A stretch of DNA of 43,340 nt from a virus, in the IMG/VR virus record IMGVR_UViG_3300049070_000042, positions 1 through 43,340 of that record; one strand, given 5' to 3'. The translations under genes were made by a program, and so were the position numbers. The notes below the pieces were generated by a model that saw only the letters and a list, made by a program, of their open reading frames with translations, ran no database searches and was not told where the DNA came from. Shown here in pieces: positions 34,445 through 43,321 of the stretch (positions within the stretch are counted from its first letter, which is position 1; every line of letters begins with the position of its first letter).

Positions 34445-34662
34445 GACTTTCAGAAAAATATGGCGTTTCCGAAGCTGTCATTAAAGCCATGATAAAAGAC
34501 GGGTGGCTTTCGTGTTCTGTGCCAACGTATGAGGAAGTAATCATTCACTATCGCGAAGAAAGAAAAAAAGGCGTACCATCCCGCCAAGCAATTACAAACA
34601 TCTGCGAGAAGTCAGGCCTATCCGAGCGCCAGATTTATAACATCATCCATAAGTTCGATTGA
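34441..34662 (+). CDS. Small HTH DNA-binding protein, 73 aa
   Basis: ICEKSGLSERQIYNIIHKF is a helix-turn-helix. It has an ATGA overlap with the tape measure stop. Confidence 0.5.
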   Translation: MRLSEKYGVSEAVIKAMIKDGWLSCSVPTYEEVIIHYREERKKGVPSRQAITNICEKSGLSERQIYNIIHKFD

Positions 34663-34710
34663 AATAATTAGTGCAATAGTTAACGCTAATTTAGCACGTA
34701 CTTCGCCTGC

Positions 34711-35841
34711 GTGGAACAGGAGATATTTATCTACGGCGAGATTGGCAAGCAGATAACTTTAGACACGGTTCTAAGCAAGATCACCCCAAAAGCCTCCCGT
34801 TATGTTGTTCACATTAATTCCCCAGGTGGGGACGTATTCGAAGGGTTTGCTATTTACAACGCTCTAAAGAATACAGGAAAAGAAATTGAAGTCCGCATAG
34901 TAGGACAATGTGCGTCGATCGCCACCTCTATCGCTTCTGTCGCCTCTCCAGGCAAGTTGTTCATGAATGAAAGGGGATCTTTTATGATTCATAATCCCAG
35001 GTTCATGTCAATCTCAGGAGAAGCAAAAGACCTTCGCAACGCTGCCGTATTACTCGATCAGATTAAATCACAGTTTTTAAAAGATTGGAATTCCCGGACG
35101 GGGCTTTCCGAACAACAGCTTTCACAGATGTATGATTCAGAGACTTATTTAAGTCCTGAACAAGCTAAGGAGATGGGATTCGTAGATGAGGTAAAGCCAG
35201 AAATGAAAGCAGTTGCTTATGCAGACATCAAAAAATATTACAAAATGGAAAATAAGAATAAGGTACTAGGAATGTTTGACGACCTGAAGAAACGCATACT
35301 CGCGGTGTTCGAAGCCCCTAAGTCTATGACCGATACGCTGGCCGATGGCCGTGTGATCGTTGTAGAATCAGAAGACGGGGACTGGACCGGAAAATCTATC
35401 CGCTATGAAGATGGTAGTGAAGTTCCTCCAGGGACTTACGAACTAAACGGAGGCCGGACGCTGACAGTCGGCGAAGGTTCAGTCATAGAAACAGTAACGG
35501 AAGTAGAAAATAAAACAGAAGAAGATTTAAACGCTGAAGAAGATATGAAGCTCAAAGAAGAAAATGAAACGCTGAAAGCTAGGATAGCCGAACTGGAAAG
35601 CGCATTGAACGCACGTAATGACGCTTATACGAAAGTAGAGGCAAAGAAAAACGACCTTGAGAACAAACTCAACACCAAAGTAAAAGCTTTGAGCGATGAG
35701 CTTGAAAAACTCAAGATTACCACCGTAGGGGATACGACACCTCCGGCAAAGGCCGTCAACCAACCTGTAGGAAACGGAACACAGGTAGAAGACCCAATGA
35801 AAAAATTATTTGGCAAAATTATAATCGATCCAAGAAAATGA
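34711..35841 (+). CDS. ClpP-family prohead protease fused to a coiled-coil scaffold-like C-terminus, 376 aa (GTG start)
   Basis: IFIYGEIG, INSPGGDVFEG, GQCASIATSIA and FMIHNP support the protease call. The C-terminal half is Glu/Lys-rich coiled coil. Confidence 0.85.
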   Translation: MEQEIFIYGEIGKQITLDTVLSKITPKASRYVVHINSPGGDVFEGFAIYNALKNTGKEIEVRIVGQCASIATSIASVASPGKLFMNERGSFMIHNPRFMSISGEAKDLRNAAVLLDQIKSQFLKDWNSRTGLSEQQLSQMYDSETYLSPEQAKEMGFVDEVKPEMKAVAYADIKKYYKMENKNKVLGMFDDLKKRILAVFEAPKSMTDTLADGRVIVVESEDGDWTGKSIRYEDGSEVPPGTYELNGGRTLTVGEGSVIETVTEVENKTEEDLNAEEDMKLKEENETLKARIAELESALNARNDAYTKVEAKKNDLENKLNTKVKALSDELEKLKITTVGDTTPPAKAVNQPVGNGTQVEDPMKKLFGKIIIDPRK

Positions 35842-36941
35842 CAGCACCAAGAACACAAATGACTTTGCCGGTAGTGCAAAATCCTATGGCCTCACTTAAA
35901 CCTGTGGCCTCGATGTATACTCCCAATCTCACCTATACCTATCCTGGTAGACTTGACTTGGATCTGATTAAGCCGATTCATATTATGACTCCGGCCTTTT
36001 CCGAACTCTTCACGATTATTCAGGGTGTAAGGTGCGGCGACTGGCTACACTATATTCAGCCTTTGACTTCGGCGCTTTCCAAGCCTTCAGGAGATTGTGC
36101 GCCTACTTATACTCAGGCGGGGTCGATCACTGACAAACAACTTATTACTGGTCAGTTTGCTATTAATATGGAATGGTGTCCTGATGAATTCGCGGCACAG
36201 TGTAACGCCATTGTTGAGAAATACACCGGAATGGGTGTTGATCTTTACGACATTCAAGCAAATCTTCAGTCGCTCATATTTGAACAGATTTTAGCTGCAT
36301 CGAATTTCGACTTATGGAAGGTTATGTTCTTCGGTGATAATTCACTTGGATTACAGACTACGAATATTTACTCGATCATTGACGGAGTTCTTACCAAGTT
36401 CTTCGACTCTGAGACGGCCTATTGCGTGATGCCTGTCAATAACGCGACATTCCCCAACCAACACAATTCAATACTTGCAGCCGATAACGCTCGCGATGTT
36501 CTTCGTCAGTTGTGGGGCCAGTCAAATATCAGACTGAAAGCTCTTCCTGATTCTCAAAAAGCATTCTGGGTGACCGGATCAGTTTGGGAAAATTACTATG
36601 ACAGTTTGATAAACAACTGTTGCACGGAAGGAAGCTGGAGACTATCTCAGGACGGAACGACAGACCTTTTCTATCGCGGTATTAAATTGATCCCTCTGTG
36701 GTTTGCTGATGATACTTTAGGTGCTGCTACGAACGCTGATTCAAATCCTTTCTACGATGAGGTAAGACACTTTGCTATTTATACCGCAAAGAACAACCAC
36801 TACATGGGTGTTGAAAGGACTTCCGACCTTGATAACCTGGTGGCTTGTTTTGACTGCTTAACAAATAAAACAGTATTCAAAGGACGTTTCCGCGCAGGTT
36901 ACAACTTTGTACAATGTGATTTGATTTCATGGGCAAAATAA
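35838..36941 (+). CDS. Major capsid protein (HK97-fold expected), 367 aa
   Basis: It lies immediately after the protease/scaffold gene with an ATGA overlap, and its size is typical. Confidence 0.65.
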   Translation: MTAPRTQMTLPVVQNPMASLKPVASMYTPNLTYTYPGRLDLDLIKPIHIMTPAFSELFTIIQGVRCGDWLHYIQPLTSALSKPSGDCAPTYTQAGSITDKQLITGQFAINMEWCPDEFAAQCNAIVEKYTGMGVDLYDIQANLQSLIFEQILAASNFDLWKVMFFGDNSLGLQTTNIYSIIDGVLTKFFDSETAYCVMPVNNATFPNQHNSILAADNARDVLRQLWGQSNIRLKALPDSQKAFWVTGSVWENYYDSLINNCCTEGSWRLSQDGTTDLFYRGIKLIPLWFADDTLGAATNADSNPFYDEVRHFAIYTAKNNHYMGVERTSDLDNLVACFDCLTNKTVFKGRFRAGYNFVQCDLISWAK

Positions 36942-36953
36942 ACCCCTAACGAT

Positions 36954-37502
36954 ATGGCATTATGTGGAATTACCCAGGGGTTCAATTTCGATTGTAATTC
37001 CCTCAAGCGGTTGTCAGGTGTTAAGCGGGTATGGGCGTTTAATATAGACGACCTTGCTTCCCCGATTGACCCTGATGGGACCGGCGTCGTTGGCAGTTTA
37101 GAGTTCGATGGTTATGATGGATTGTATGAATTTGAATCTAAGAAGTTCTCTCATCAGTTCACACATAACCTGGTAGTAGCTGAAAGCGGCGCGGCAAGCT
37201 GGACACAGACCGGAGTACTTCGGTTGTTTGTGGATAGCGCTGCGGAAGTGGCCGCGCTAAGTGACCTGGCAGTAGCTAATGCTGGGTTTGTGGTCCTAAC
37301 CAATAACAATGAGTTCAGAATCTACGGATCAGAGAACGGTATGACTGCAGGTGACGGAACAACCGGAACAACCGGAAGACTGCAAGGCGAAGACACTACC
37401 GACACGGTAACGATGATCGGAAACGAGAAACTACCATACAGGTTATTCTCAAGGGGTGACTTTGCTAGTTCTTTGGCTTATATAGAGGCATTGGAATTTT
37501 AG
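36954..37502 (+). CDS. Putative major tail (tube) protein, 182 aa
   Basis: Its position after the capsid gene and its beta-rich sequence with a Gly/Thr loop (GDGTTGTTGRLQGED) support the call, which is tentative. Confidence 0.4.
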   Translation: MALCGITQGFNFDCNSLKRLSGVKRVWAFNIDDLASPIDPDGTGVVGSLEFDGYDGLYEFESKKFSHQFTHNLVVAESGAASWTQTGVLRLFVDSAAEVAALSDLAVANAGFVVLTNNNEFRIYGSENGMTAGDGTTGTTGRLQGEDTTDTVTMIGNEKLPYRLFSRGDFASSLAYIEALEF

Positions 37503-37528
37503 TCGGGTGTTGATTAGTTTACTAGGAG

Positions 37529-37552
37529 AGCCTCTTTACGGAGGCTTTTTTT
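37529..37552 (+). terminator. Strong rho-independent terminator
   Basis: Stem agcctc (37529-34) / gaggct (37541-46), then T7. Confidence 0.8.
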
Positions 37553-37597
37553 ATGAAAGATAATTGAGATATTTAAGGAAAAATTTATAAAAATATT

Positions 37598-37605
37598 TAT
37601 GTTTG
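37598..37605 (+). promoter_or_regulatory. Bacteroidota-type -7 promoter element candidate (TATGTTTG = TAnnTTTG)
   Basis: It is an exact match to the consensus, 8 nt upstream of ATG 37614. I found no well-spaced -33 TTG. Confidence 0.3.
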
Positions 37606-37613
37606 TAATGTAA

Positions 37614-38087
37614 ATGATTAAGATACCTATTCATGGCGTGGAGTTTGCTTTTATAGATAACGAATTTTTACCGCTGGTTTCTGATTATAAATGGTATATA
37701 TACAAGTCATCCAATAATTGCATTTACGCTCAGGGTTATCATCCTAAAACAAAAAAGCGGGTATTGATGCATCGTTTGATTATGAACCCGCCAAGATCAC
37801 TCCATGTAGATCATCGAAATAGAAATGGACTTGATAATCGACTATTTAATCTTAGAATAGCAACACGATCACAAAATTTATCCAATAGAACTAGTGCTAA
37901 AAATTCATCTTCAAGGTTTTTGGGGGTAACATTTCACAAGAAGGCTAATAAATGGGTAGCTAATATTTGTAAGTTAGGCAGGAAGGAATATCTAGGATTG
38001 TTTGCTACCGAAAATGATGCGGCTATGGCATATAACGAGAAAGCAAAATTTTTGCATGGTGAGTTTGCAAACCTTAATCAAGTATGA
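37614..38087 (+). CDS. HNH-AP2 homing endonuclease, 157 aa
   Basis: HVDHRNRNGLDNRLFNLRIATRSQN is HNH_3-like. FLGVTFHKKANKWVANI...LGLFATENDAAMAYNEKA is an AP2 domain. Confidence 0.8.
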   Translation: MIKIPIHGVEFAFIDNEFLPLVSDYKWYIYKSSNNCIYAQGYHPKTKKRVLMHRLIMNPPRSLHVDHRNRNGLDNRLFNLRIATRSQNLSNRTSAKNSSSRFLGVTFHKKANKWVANICKLGRKEYLGLFATENDAAMAYNEKAKFLHGEFANLNQV

Positions 38088-38260
38088 CACGTCAAGAACT
38101 TCGTGAAGCTTTAAAAGCTAAAGGAATATTTGATATAAACGGAAGCCGTGATGATTTATGGGCACAGGCTTTCAGGCTTCACTTTCAGGAGACAAGAAAA
38201 AAGCTATCTCAAAGCTGTGGGTCATGTTATCGAACGCTTAGGAACTGGATGAACTCATGA
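38084..38260 (+). CDS. Small ORF, 58 aa (below the track cutoff), SAP/HeH-like N-terminus
   Basis: My own translation is MTRQELREALKAKGIFDINGSRDDLWAQAFRLHFQETRKKLSQSCGSCYRTLRNWMNS. It has ATGA overlaps at both ends. Confidence 0.5.
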   Translation: MTRQELREALKAKGIFDINGSRDDLWAQAFRLHFQETRKKLSQSCGSCYRTLRNWMNS

Positions 38261-38919
38261 ACGAGTTATACCAGATCTATTATAAAGATGAACAAAAAGA
38301 AAAGCTACTACCTTTTGCGATACCTTATTTCAACTCGCGGCTTACGATATTCTTTGAGAGTGCTGTTATTAGTGAGGTTGTGCCGACAGCTACCGGGGAA
38401 AAGGTGGGCGTATGTTCTTGGAAGCTGGCTAACAAAATGAGAAAACGCATGGCCGGACCTAATTTAAGGCCAATGTTAACAGTTGAAGCGTTAAATTCTG
38501 ACTATCAGGTACTTTCATTGACAAGAAACAGCAAAAAACATCAAATGTTGGCCCATTTATACCAGTGGCACCCGAAAAGTAAAGAAGCTATGGCGCTTTT
38601 GTGGGAAAAACTAGGACTAAAACTACCAGGAGAGGCTAAAACCCCAATTTATCAGAATCATTTCATTGCTAAGCGTGAAATTTATCAGGATTACGTTAAT
38701 AATTTCTTAAAACCGGCGATGGAAGTGATAAAAACAGACGAAAGGATTAATAATTTGATGTTACAACCGTCTGGCTACGGGAAATTGAGTAAAGAAGCAG
38801 ATATGAAGAGCGTAAAAGAGAAATTAGGACTCGATGACTATCCACTTTGTCCTTTTATCTTGGAAAGGTGCCCATCACTTTTCTTTCAGCTAAAAAATGT
38901 TCAAATAACTTACTTATGA
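38257..38919 (+). CDS. Hypothetical protein, 220 aa; faint resemblance to DUF4422-type polysaccharide-cluster proteins
   Basis: VGVCSWKL and NHFIAKREIYQDYVNNFLKP parallel DUF4422 segments. This is a weak motif-level impression. Confidence 0.3.
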   Translation: MNELYQIYYKDEQKEKLLPFAIPYFNSRLTIFFESAVISEVVPTATGEKVGVCSWKLANKMRKRMAGPNLRPMLTVEALNSDYQVLSLTRNSKKHQMLAHLYQWHPKSKEAMALLWEKLGLKLPGEAKTPIYQNHFIAKREIYQDYVNNFLKPAMEVIKTDERINNLMLQPSGYGKLSKEADMKSVKEKLGLDDYPLCPFILERCPSLFFQLKNVQITYL

Positions 38920-39650
38920 TCTCTGTATTGATGCCATCACGAGGAAGGCCAAAAAAGTGTTTAAAAACTTATATGGATTGGCAGTCTGTTAGCACAAATC
39001 AATTCATTTTAAGCTTAGATCACGACGACCCTAATTTAAATGAGTATTTGAACATATTCCCCAAGTGGTTTAAGCTTAAGCCGATGCCAAGGGATAATTA
39101 TAGCTGGATAACCGATAATCATCTGATAATTGTAAATAATAATGGATCATCTGTGGCGGCCATTAATAATGCAGCTAAAATAGCGTATGGTGATATACTG
39201 ATGGTTGTTAGTGATGATACAGAGCCTTGCGAATCATGGCCTGACCACATTCATAAATTATCTTCAAGAGGTCCGGACTGGATCGCCAAAACTCAAGACG
39301 GTATTCAGGATTGGATTATAACTATGCCTATCATGGATCGAGCTTATTACAATCGTTTCGGATATATCTACCATCCTTCTTATAAACATCTATTTTGTGA
39401 TACCGAATTAACTTGTGTTGCTGACATAACAGGACGGAAGATAGTTTCTAATCTAATGTTTCCACACAACCATTATTCTATAGGCAAATCAGAAATAGAC
39501 GACATATACCGAAAGAACGACGCTACCAACGCTGAAGGAGAAAGAATCTTTTTAGAACGATACAAAAGAAACTTCGATTTACCTCCAGGGAATAAAATTC
39601 AGGATAAAGGAATGATTAACTGGCTACAGAAAAGGCATGTCTACGCTTAG
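38916..39650 (+). CDS. Putative glycosyltransferase (GT-A), 244 aa (start ATG 38916)
   Basis: MISVLMPSRGRP and MVVSDDTEP are GT-A-like, and the start has an ATGA overlap with the upstream stop. Confidence 0.5.
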   Translation: MISVLMPSRGRPKKCLKTYMDWQSVSTNQFILSLDHDDPNLNEYLNIFPKWFKLKPMPRDNYSWITDNHLIIVNNNGSSVAAINNAAKIAYGDILMVVSDDTEPCESWPDHIHKLSSRGPDWIAKTQDGIQDWIITMPIMDRAYYNRFGYIYHPSYKHLFCDTELTCVADITGRKIVSNLMFPHNHYSIGKSEIDDIYRKNDATNAEGERIFLERYKRNFDLPPGNKIQDKGMINWLQKRHVYA

Positions 39651-40227
39651 TATTTTGATACCTACTTTACCGGAAAGATATTCTCTTTTAAAGAGGCTTC
39701 AAAGTATTCTATTGCCACAGGTAGCAAACTTCAACAGCAGGATAGTAATACATTACAACGATGCTGGGCGTCAGTCTACGATAGGAGAGAAGCGGAATAG
39801 TTTAATGTCTCGCGTACAAACTGAATACAGCGTGTTCATTGACGATGACGATAAAGTAAGCCATGATTACGTCAGTCAGATCATGTCAGCAATAGAAAAG
39901 AATACCGACGTGATTACTTTCAATGGCTACATGACTACCAACGGAAGCCAGCGGAAGAACTTTGTTATCAAGCTAGGCGAACGATATGAGGAAAGGAACA
40001 ACGTTTACTACAGGTTTCCGAATCACTTATGTCCTATGCGTACAAAATTAGTCAGGCATATTTTATTCCCGCATATCGTTGCAGGGGAAGATTACGCATG
40101 GGCTAGAATGATACATGACAGAAGACTTTTAAAAACCTCTGTGCATATCGAAAAAGAACTTTATCACTATGATTTTAATTCAATGAAATCCCCATACAAT
40201 GGTAAGCCCGCTAGAGTACGCCGCTAG
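39637..40227 (+). CDS. Family-2 glycosyltransferase, 196 aa
   Basis: LSILIPTLPER, IGEKRN and VFIDDDDKV (DxD). It is paralogous to 40915..41547. Confidence 0.7.
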   Translation: MSTLSILIPTLPERYSLLKRLQSILLPQVANFNSRIVIHYNDAGRQSTIGEKRNSLMSRVQTEYSVFIDDDDKVSHDYVSQIMSAIEKNTDVITFNGYMTTNGSQRKNFVIKLGERYEERNNVYYRFPNHLCPMRTKLVRHILFPHIVAGEDYAWARMIHDRRLLKTSVHIEKELYHYDFNSMKSPYNGKPARVRR

Positions 40228-40930
40228 AATAGCATACAGTTCGAAAGAAGTTCTACGCTTCAGCTATGATATGGCTGTTAAGTACAAAGACTGGCCAGGT
40301 GTTTACGTTGAATGCGGGGTAGCGGCAGGTGCTCAGATCATAGCCATGGCAGCAGGGGCACCAAATAAAACTATTTATGCTTTTGATTCTTTCGAAGGGA
40401 TACCACTTCCGAGCAATAGAGACAATCAAATGCCTGGGATTAGATTTTTAAAGGAATGGGAGCAGAAAGCCTTGCCAGATCCAGGTAAACAGGTTTTAGA
40501 AAGTAGTGGGGCAACGGTAGTGAGTGAGGTAGATTTTTGGATTAATGTTTCAAGTGCTTTTGAAAATGAATTGAAATGTATTGAGCATGATGGTAAGAAA
40601 CTATATGAAGTTGATGGTATAAATATTTTTACAGTTAAGGGATGGTTTGAGGAATCAATACCAAAATATTTAGAGGCTATAGCTCCAGCAAAACAGTTAG
40701 GGTATGATTTCCCAATAGCTATACTTCGCCTTGACGGTGATCTTTACAACTCTACATATGTATGTTTAAAATACTTATATCCTAAAGTCATAAAAGGCGG
40801 GCTGGTAATTATTGATGATTGGGCTTTACCTGGATGTCAAGAAGCGGTATATGATTATTTCGATGACAATGTTTTGAATATGAACTTCATCACTGACAAA
40901 AACTCAACAGTAGCATGGTGGACAAAATAA
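40199..40930 (+). CDS. TylF/macrocin-O-methyltransferase-family SAM-dependent O-methyltransferase, 243 aa
   Basis: VYVECGVAAGAQ, YAFDSFEGIPLP and LRLDGDLYNSTYVCLKYLYPKVIKGGLVIIDDW. Confidence 0.8.
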   Translation: MVSPLEYAARIAYSSKEVLRFSYDMAVKYKDWPGVYVECGVAAGAQIIAMAAGAPNKTIYAFDSFEGIPLPSNRDNQMPGIRFLKEWEQKALPDPGKQVLESSGATVVSEVDFWINVSSAFENELKCIEHDGKKLYEVDGINIFTVKGWFEESIPKYLEAIAPAKQLGYDFPIAILRLDGDLYNSTYVCLKYLYPKVIKGGLVIIDDWALPGCQEAVYDYFDDNVLNMNFITDKNSTVAWWTK

Positions 40931-41547
40931 TACTTTCAATTCTTATTCCTACAATCCCTGAAAGAGAGGATATGTTAAGTAATTTACTTCATAATCTTTT
41001 GTTACAGATAGATGACCTTTCGACGTGGCATCCAACATTAGGAGAGGTTCAATTGCATTTCGATGACAGAGCTTCATTTTTAAATGGTGGTCCATCCATT
41101 GGAGAAAAAAGACATTGGTTAGTATGTCATGCAAAAGGCAAATATTTATGTTTCTTGGATGATGATGAAGACATTGCGCCGAACTACATTGAAACTTTAG
41201 TACGGCTTTGCCAGAATAATTCAGACGTAGTAACCTTCAGAAGCCTGGCAAAGAATGACTTTTATTGGACTATCATTGACATGAGCCTACAAAACAAACT
41301 CAATGAAGAGGCTAACCCGGATAGGATAATTAAACGCCCACCATGGCATGTATGTCCAGTTAAAAGTGAATATGCTAAACAGTACAATTTCGAAGACTTA
41401 AATTATGGAGAGGATTGGAACTGGTTTGAGAAAGTATTAAGACACTGTAGAACTGAATCACATACTGACGCAGTTCTCCATTGCTACCAGCATAGCTCGA
41501 AACATTCAGAAGCAGATAAAATAACTAATCATGTTCTCGCAAAATAA
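40915..41547 (+). CDS. Family-2 glycosyltransferase, 210 aa
   Basis: LSILIPTIPERE, IGEKRH and CFLDDDEDI. Confidence 0.7.
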   Translation: MVDKIILSILIPTIPEREDMLSNLLHNLLLQIDDLSTWHPTLGEVQLHFDDRASFLNGGPSIGEKRHWLVCHAKGKYLCFLDDDEDIAPNYIETLVRLCQNNSDVVTFRSLAKNDFYWTIIDMSLQNKLNEEANPDRIIKRPPWHVCPVKSEYAKQYNFEDLNYGEDWNWFEKVLRHCRTESHTDAVLHCYQHSSKHSEADKITNHVLAK

Positions 41548-42148
41548 AGAAGAGCAATACATTTTAGAATACTTCAAAGACAAACCTAAAGGAACGTTCC
41601 TTGATATTGGGTGCAATGACTGTGAGACTTTCTCCAACACTCGCGCATTAGCCTTAAAAGGTTGGTCCGGTGTTCTAGTTGATCCGGTTGAGAAAGCTAT
41701 TTCAAGATGCAAAGAGCTATACAAAGGCTACAAGGGATTTTATATTTATCCTTATGCTATTTCCGGGCACAATGGTAAAGCGATTCTAAATGAATCAGGA
41801 CCATTGATTAACTCGCGCGATGTTGCTTTAGTCTCCACTTTTCATGAATCAGAAATGCGTAGGTTTAGAACTACTGTTAGTTACACACCGACAGAGGTTA
41901 AGTGCTTCAGATGGAAAACATTCTATAATAGATTGAAGTCTACCAAGATTACTCACTTTGATTTCGTTTCGATCGATGTTGAAGGGGATGAGCTTAACAT
42001 TCTGCCTGATATGGATTTATCAAAAACATCTTTAGTTTGTGTTGAGTGGAACAGCAAACCAGAACTGAAATCAGAATACGACAAGTATTTAAGTGAGTTT
42101 AAAGTAATTTATACGTCAGGGGAAAATTTACTCTACGCCCGTGTTTGA
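41531..42148 (+). CDS. FkbM-family methyltransferase, 205 aa
   Basis: FLDIGCNDCETFSN, VLVDP, YAISGHNG, VSIDVEGDELNIL and VCVEW. Confidence 0.65.
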   Translation: MFSQNKEEQYILEYFKDKPKGTFLDIGCNDCETFSNTRALALKGWSGVLVDPVEKAISRCKELYKGYKGFYIYPYAISGHNGKAILNESGPLINSRDVALVSTFHESEMRRFRTTVSYTPTEVKCFRWKTFYNRLKSTKITHFDFVSIDVEGDELNILPDMDLSKTSLVCVEWNSKPELKSEYDKYLSEFKVIYTSGENLLYARV

Positions 42149-42713
42149 CCTATCCCTTTATAACGATGAGTTCTTTGAATGGCATTTAAAACACGCTAGA
42201 GAATATTCTATTAAGACAATGGATTGGTACATTGACAAATACAAACCAATGTCTGTAATAGATTTCGGATGCGGGATAGGTAGTTATCTTGAGAGTGCCT
42301 ATAACCATGATCTTTACATACGTGGGTTTGAGATTTCTGAGGCAGCCAGAAAGTATACACCGGAACACATTCAAAAAAGTATTTTTTACTTTGATTGTAC
42401 TCAACCTCTTTTTTGTACAGGATTCGACACGGTGTTAAGCTTTGAAACCGCTGAGCATATTGACCCTGATGGGACGCAACAGTTTGTAAATAATATTATG
42501 TTATGCGTTGGGATGCATTTACTATTCACGGCAGCGCCACCAGGCCAGCAGGGTACTGGACATATTAACCTACAACCTAGACAATTCTGGATAGATAAAT
42601 TCTCTGAGATGCTAAAATATGATAACGAGCTAACCAAAGACATTAGCGAGAACTGGCGCGAACTGGGCGCACCGAATTACATTTGTGATAACCTGATAGT
42701 TTGCACAAGATGA
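42141..42713 (+). CDS. Class I SAM-dependent methyltransferase, 190 aa (GTG start)
   Basis: VIDFGCGIGSY is motif I, and VLSFETAEHI is a post-II/III-like segment. Confidence 0.65.
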   Translation: MFDLSLYNDEFFEWHLKHAREYSIKTMDWYIDKYKPMSVIDFGCGIGSYLESAYNHDLYIRGFEISEAARKYTPEHIQKSIFYFDCTQPLFCTGFDTVLSFETAEHIDPDGTQQFVNNIMLCVGMHLLFTAAPPGQQGTGHINLQPRQFWIDKFSEMLKYDNELTKDISENWRELGAPNYICDNLIVCTR

Positions 42714-43321
42714 TAATAGTAAACTTTGCTACAGGTCATTTCCAAAAAGGGCAAACTAGGCTAGCCAATTCATTGAACGGTTACCGCAAGTTAATGCTCA
42801 ATGACTACGTTTCTATAGGCTCACCTACACATCAAGAAAGCCCGTATGAATTTAAAGTACACGCTATAGAGAAGGCTTTAGAGTTTGATCCTGTGGTTCT
42901 TTGGTGTGATTCAAGTCTTTGGCGGGTTGGTGATTTGTCCAAGATTGAAAGGATCATATTGGATAAAGGTTATTTTATGGAAGAGGCTGGGCATTATTGT
43001 AAAGATTGGTGCAACCAAAACGCTAGGGACATACTTAACTTCACAGAAGATAATTACCTGATGTTTAGCGCTGGATTATTGGGCCTTAATAAGAACTTCA
43101 GGCCAGCGATGTTGTGGTTTGAACAGTGGAAAGAAGCGGCGCAGAAAGGAGCATTTAAAGGCGACTGGCGCGATCATAGGCATGACATGGTAGTGGGTTC
43201 GATATTAGCCCAAAGGCTAGGCTTTACCTATCAGCGCGGAGGTTCTCACATGGCCTACCTTGGTCCGGGTTATTCGAAGCCGGAACCTGGCGTGGTTTTT
43301 TTATTGCAGGGGATTGTATGA
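42701..43321 (+). CDS. Putative nucleotide-diphospho-sugar transferase-like protein, 206 aa
   Basis: MIIVNFATGHF, VLWCDSS and DHRHDMVVGSIL resemble GT-A-like transferases, weakly. Its 3' end is duplicated at 1..104. Confidence 0.35.
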   Translation: MHKMIIVNFATGHFQKGQTRLANSLNGYRKLMLNDYVSIGSPTHQESPYEFKVHAIEKALEFDPVVLWCDSSLWRVGDLSKIERIILDKGYFMEEAGHYCKDWCNQNARDILNFTEDNYLMFSAGLLGLNKNFRPAMLWFEQWKEAAQKGAFKGDWRDHRHDMVVGSILAQRLGFTYQRGGSHMAYLGPGYSKPEPGVVFLLQGIV

